A stretch of DNA of 56,044 nucleotides, counting the filler, from Sphacelaria rigidula (Eukaryota): assembly GCA_964200075.2 (NCBI GenBank). It is 5 parts of 5 records of this genome, joined end to end, with 100 filler letters (N's around TTAATTAATTAA, not from the genome) between each part and the next. Parts side by side here need not be neighbours in the genome. Positions count along the whole stretch, not along the records: positions 44,918 to 56,044 come from CAXNAA020005349.1; 4 more parts are not named here. One strand, given 5' to 3'. The position numbers and the translations under genes were made by a program. Under the pieces are notes generated by a model that saw only the letters and a program-made list of their open reading frames with translations, was not told the DNA's origin and made no database searches. Of the stretch, positions 50,681 through 56,044 are shown in pieces. Position 1 is the first letter of the stretch, and each line of letters begins with the position of its first letter.

Positions 50681-53203
50681 AGCTAACCCCTTGTCAGAGT
50701 CCGGTGTTGAGCAATGCTACGGTAGGTCAGGTCAGCCGCGGGGCCGTAGCCCTGAAGTCTCAACAGATATTGATCGTTGTGACGACTTCTTCGACCTGGG
50801 CCTGGCGCGTGACCTACCACTTTTTCGGCAGCACAACGTTTAATTGTAGGCAATGTTTTGTGTGGTTGGTCTCTCTGGTAGAGGTATTTGTTTGTATAGG
50901 AACAACGAGCTCGATTTATCGACATCTGATGCCGGTGGTGTTTCCCACGGGTGATATTTCTTCAAGTGAGCGGGATGTACTGACATTTCTTTTGAGTCGT
51001 CGCCTATTTCGATTATGTACACAACCGGCGATCGTCTCTCGGTTATCATGAAAAGTCCTCTCCATGGTAACTGGAGTTTGGTTTCGGCCTTCCTGAAGTG
51101 TACCTTTTGACGGGTTTTTGAACACTGGGATGGATTTGAATTTGTTCTTGTTTTCTTGCTTGTTCGCTCTTTCTCGCAGGGCTTGTCTCGCCATTTCAAA
51201 TTCAAACTGTAGGTTTTCCCGTGTTTCGTTGGAAAATTCTTCGGGTGGTGCTGCTTGGCTCTCTTCCGGTTCGCTGAGCATAATGTCAATTTGTGACCTG
51301 GGCTGTCTTCCGAAGAATAACAAATGTGGTATCTCCTGTACTGTACTTGTGATAGGATGTGTTGTCCGTAATTTGGATGAACGGAAGTATGTGTGCCCAA
51401 TTTTTGTTTCCAATTGACCAAGCATAGCTAACATCGCGTGCATAATGGAGTGGATCCGTTCCGACACTGAATTACTTTGCGGGTGTAAAAGTGCCGTGCG
51501 AGGTTTATTGAAACCCAGCTCCTGTTGCCATGCCTATCTTGGCTTGTTGCCGATTTTGGTTCTTTGATTCGAATGCAGCTTTCCCGGTATGTCAAATATA
51601 ATAAAGATTCTGTCAACTATAATTTTGGCTATATTGATGTGATCTGTTTTTTCGGCACCCGAATGAGCAAAGCATACGTTGTGAGGTGGTCCAATACGGA
51701 CAGTACATATTTACCTAGTACTCCAGCGTTTGATATCGAAGTTGTTTTTCATTCGACTAGATTTGCCGGCACTCTTTCGTGTTGCCGTCCTACCGTAACG
51801 TGTCTCGTCGGAAAATGTTTGGCCGGTTGTGGACCGTTTTTTCGGCGTTGGCAGCCCTGACATAGCGTGCGCATGTCCGGAATAACATGTTTCTCCGTTC
51901 TTGTCTCCGAGGTTTACATGTGGGCTCGACAGGTTGGTAATTTGTACCATCTCTGTTCTTTTCTTCGTCGCCTACTACGTGCCTGCTGTCCTTGAAATGC
52001 TGATGCGCGTGAATGCTTGAGGTACATCCGGCGATCGAGTGTCCTCCTCGGTTATTATGCGTGGTTGCACGACAGCTGTTGTTGTTGTTGACAGGATATT
52101 TTCTGTTTCAACTAATGCTGCCACTCTATATCGGAACCCTCGGATTTTTATTCCGCGCTTCTAAGATCGGTGGGCCTAGCGGTACTGGCTTCATATCCGC
52201 TGCCATGATGGCCAAATGTTCATCGATGAACTTCTGCTGATACCCTGTACATCCTGCTGCGGAATCGATTGTGATTTTTTCAGCGAGGGTACCGTTTACT
52301 CTGGCTGCGACTCTACCACGGCCGATGCCCAGGATAGCGCTAGGGGCGCATCTGTATACCTGGCGAGCGGTGATGCGCTGTATGAGTCATAACAGTGATC
52401 GTCCAAGATCGGGTTGAAAAAAAGAAGAAGACTGCTGTTTCGATATGGAATCAACAGCCTCTGCTTACAACGGGATGTAACTTTACCGATTCGTCGGGGT
52501 ACGGCGGAGAATGTACATGATGAGAGCCTCCGCTCTCAGCTTGTGGGTTGGGATGCGGTAAGATCATTCGATACACCTCTTTCTCTCGCTCGCTACATGG
52601 TAGGGGATGACAAGGTCGAGCATTCGCCGGTTGGGTAACTTATTTGTTGATGCTATTTCGAGTCACCGCGTTTCCAGAGGTCGCCCTGCTTGATCAATTG
52701 CCGTGCCTTTCGCGCGATGGTGGTGGAAGGTTGGTTGATTGTGGATTCGCTGTTTAATCAGCCGTTCTGGTGACATATAATGCCCACTGAATAGACTAAT
52801 TTCGCGTTTTCGCTGTTTGACTAGCCGCACAGGTGACATATACTGCACCCTGAGGAGTGTAAGCTCGAGTTTCGATCTTTGATTAGTCATGCGGGTGACA
52901 TATAAGTGCACACTGAGGGAGCTAATTTCGCGTTGATCCAAACACATGACTCCAATAGCCTTCCAACTCGAATAATTCAGCACATGACCTATGTTAGAAA
53001 GTGAGGCTATGGAGCCATGCTCTTCAACGCTTTTTGTGGTATTGACTTTATATATACGTAGTGTTGGGATCGCAGGTACTGATCACGAAGGTTTGGTCTG
53101 ATGTGGGAGCGTATAATGTGGGATAGCAGTTGTTACACTTGAAGTACTCTTCTCTTTGACCGTGTACCCCGGTGGGTTGTTTGTATTTGTCTTGCCCAGA
53201 AGC

Positions 53204-56044
53204 GGACACTTGAACAGCAATAGTTTGAATCTTCTCAAAAACGTCGGAAGCAAGGGGGTGGATTTCGGTTGAGCGGTTCCGGACTGCGATATTTGTGCCG
53301 TTGGGAAAAGTCATCAACTGGCCCACCCGAAGACAGCTAACAAGAAAGTGCAACGCGCTCTTCAACTAGTCATGACAGATTTGATGGGACCGATCATGCC
53401 GGAAGCGCTGGGAGGCTTCAAGTAAGTCTGCAAGATCTCCGATGAGTATACCAGATGGACAGAGATTTACCTTAAAAAAACCAAGGACGGCACTCTTCAT
53501 GCATTTCAGTCCTACGTACAGTCAATGGTCATTCCTGGCGGTGTTCGGGTCGAACGACTAAGGGCAGATAAAGGCGGTGAGTTCATCGGCAACGAGTTCA
53601 AGTCGTGCTGCCGACAAGACAAGCATATTGCTAGAGTTTGCGAGCACCAATAAACCACAACAAATCGGCCTGTCAGAACGCGTGGGAAGGACGCTTGCAG
53701 CCATGGTCCGGTGCATGCTTGCTGACAGTGGTTAGCCGACTTTTCTTTTGGGGGGAATTAATGTTCCCAGCGGCCTATCTTGCAAACAGATCACCGCATT
53801 CGGCACTTGACATGCAGTCGCCTCATAAGATGCTGAAGGGGACAGAGCCGGATCTCAAACACCTTCGAGTCGTAGGAGCCAGGGCTTTCGTACATATCGA
53901 GCGGCATACTTCGAAACTTGCTCTCAAAGCAGTTGAAGGACGACTAGTACAGCAATGGCAGTAAGAGCTACCGAGTCTACAACTCGGCCACGCGACGTAT
54001 CATTGAGATCAGGAACGTCGTCTTCATCGAGACTCCGACACACCTTATCCCGACCGGAGAGCCACAACTTCGGATACACCTATTTTCACTTGGTGACCAG
54101 GAATGCAACAACAGAGAGGGCCACAATTACGTCACCGACGACGACTTCTTCCGTGATCTTCGCGACCACACCTCCGTACTAGCTCAACCGGCTCACACCT
54201 CCGTTGATCATATCACTGCCAGCGGGATCTCTAACGATCCACAGGTGACCGAGCTTCTGGAGAGAATCAGCGCCATCACCAAGCGGGACATGCTGCACGA
54301 CGATGACACACCTCGTGAAGAGACGTCGCCAACAGCATCACCGGAGAGCCGTGCGCCGCTGGAACAACCTGCACCCCCTTCTCGGGACGAAGGTAGCCAG
54401 TCCACATCATCAGCCGAATCACCACTGCTCAACCGCTCTCGACACTCTCGCCATCAGGTAACTCCCGCCGTGACGCGCGCAGGCACTGCAGCGCGCTCCT
54501 TCAGGGAACGCAACACCAACAACGACGGCGCAGCTTCTGCGCACCTTTCAGCCACTGTGGACGACAAAATGCTCTCCGAGCTACGGCGACTGCAAATACG
54601 CACCAACGCGCTCCTACGAGATATCGTGCACCAGACGTTTGGGGCGGAATCAGTCGTGGAGTACGCCTACACAACTACCAACCTCTCGAGCTATCCAGTG
54701 GGGGAGAAAACCGACAGAATCCCAAACACGTTCAATGAGGCCATGAGTCTCCCCGAAAAGGAACAATGGAAGGCGGCATCAGATAAGGAGATGTATAGCC
54801 TAAGAAGAAATAACGTGTATACTCTAGTGCCGTCAAGCTCCGTCCCAACTGGACACAGGTTCATCGGGTCACGATGGGTGTACAAGAAGGAAGCGGATTC
54901 CTCGCACAAGGCCCGAGTCGTTGTGCGGGGTTGGGGACAAATCCCTGGCGTCGGCTGTGGCAGCACTTTCGCACCGGTCTGCAGGATCCAAAGCATCCGC
55001 ATGGTATTAGCTGTAGCGGCGGAGTATGACTTGGAGTGTTGGCAACTGGACTATAACACCGCCTTTCTGAACGCCGAAGTCAAGGAAGAAGTTTACGTCA
55101 AAATGGCGCCAGGATACGAGGAGTTTGACGCCAATGGAACTTCGATGGTAATGCGACTCCACAAAAGTCTCTATGATCTCCATCAAAGTCCACTGCTGGT
55201 GGGAAACGGTCGACACACACCTGGTGGAGATTGGATTCAAGAGCCTTAAGTCGGACCCTTGTGTGTACATATACCAAGAGAGCGGCGACGTCTACATTTT
55301 GACTTCATATGTCGATGACGTCCTACTGCTTGGGAAAGATGTCAAAGTTCTGGAGAGGATCAAGCATAAACTGATGGGACGTTTCTCGATGACGGACATG
55401 GGAGATGTATCGTTAGTGCTGGGAATGGAGGTTGTTCGTGATCGCGTTAGGAAGACAGTCACCATCAGCCAGGAATGTTACACCAAGTCCCTCCTGGAGC
55501 GATACGGAATGGCGAATTGCAACCCAGACTACACTCCTGGTGTGGGACAAGAACTGTCACTAGACCAGCCGAGGGAGAAAGCTTTGAACGAGGAGGACAA
55601 AAAACGTTTCCAGGCCATTACGGGCAGTGTGATGTATCTCGCTCACATGACACGCTACGACATTGGATACACCGTGAATCAACTGGCGCGGGTGGTGTCC
55701 AATCCGTCGAAGGCGCATACGGCAGCTGCAAAACACTTACTTCGATATTTGGCCGGCACTACAGATCATGTCATAACCTACGATCAGGGTGGTTTCCAAT
55801 TGGCGGCGTTCTCAGATGCGAACTGGGGTAACAACCCAGACAACGGGAAATCTACATCATCATATCCTTTTTTTCTCTCGAATGGTCCCATCCGTTTCAA
55901 GGTAGGACTACAAGGATTCACCGCACAATCAACGATGGAAGCAGAACTCGTGGCCGCTGCACTCACCATGAAGGAAGGCATATTTTGCTCGAATATGATG
56001 CGGGAGATGGGATTTGGCACACGCTTCGACTCCGTTCCTGTCTA
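53204..56044 (+). pseudogene. pol: Ty1/Copia pol (GAG-pre-integrase, integrase, RT, RNase H), degenerate and running off the contig
   Basis: GHLN..CDICAVGK, TDLMGP, LRADKGGEF, SRWVYKK..HKARVVVRG, QLDYNTAFLNA, YVDD, FSDANWG and AQSTMEAE, with integrase before RT. Several stops and frameshifts. Confidence 0.96.

Larger units (their letters stand above)
48717..53000 (-). mobile_element. Degenerate chromodomain Gypsy element with 3' LTR at 48717-49068 and PPT at 49069-49083; 5' LTR not found
   Basis: TG..CA segment next to a minus-strand polypurine tract (gaagggggggaaa). Integrase core (NSVSERIHSIMHAMLAM) near 51450. Chromodomain-like EKVVGH..QYLLRLQGYGPAADL at about 50720-50830. Protease-like IDSAAG near 52265. 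Confidence 0.78.

Overview
Eukaryotic, transposon-dominated DNA. A brown alga or other stramenopile is my inference from the repeat families, retroelement style and intron structure; it is not proven. The window is not one locus: five unrelated contigs of 11132, 11129, 11128, 11128 and 11127 bp are joined by identical 100-bp spacers (N44-TTAATTAATTAA-N44), apparently sorted by length. Contig 1 holds a two-LTR Ty3/Gypsy element (280-bp LTRs, GAAG target-site duplication, RT/RNase H deleted, a 16-bp palindrome where the tRNA primer site should be), probably nested in an older minus-strand LTR element, plus a TA-flanked MITE. Contigs 2 and 3 hold decayed Gypsy pol remnants, a tyrosine-recombinase remnant, many MITE/foldback elements, a 90-bp pure palindrome with TGT..ACA ends and a 4-bp TSD, and one PH-like exon. 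Contig 4 holds the 3' four phase-compatible exons of the only convincing host gene: a Cys-domain, Ser/Thr/Pro-stalk, probably GPI-anchored surface glycoprotein. Contig 5 holds a LINE RT fragment interrupted by a MITE and by a chromodomain Gypsy, followed by a degenerate Copia pol. I saw no prokaryotic operons, CRISPR arrays, rRNA genes or complete tRNA genes, and no clear-cut novel multi-gene system. Most ORFs in the track are spurious.
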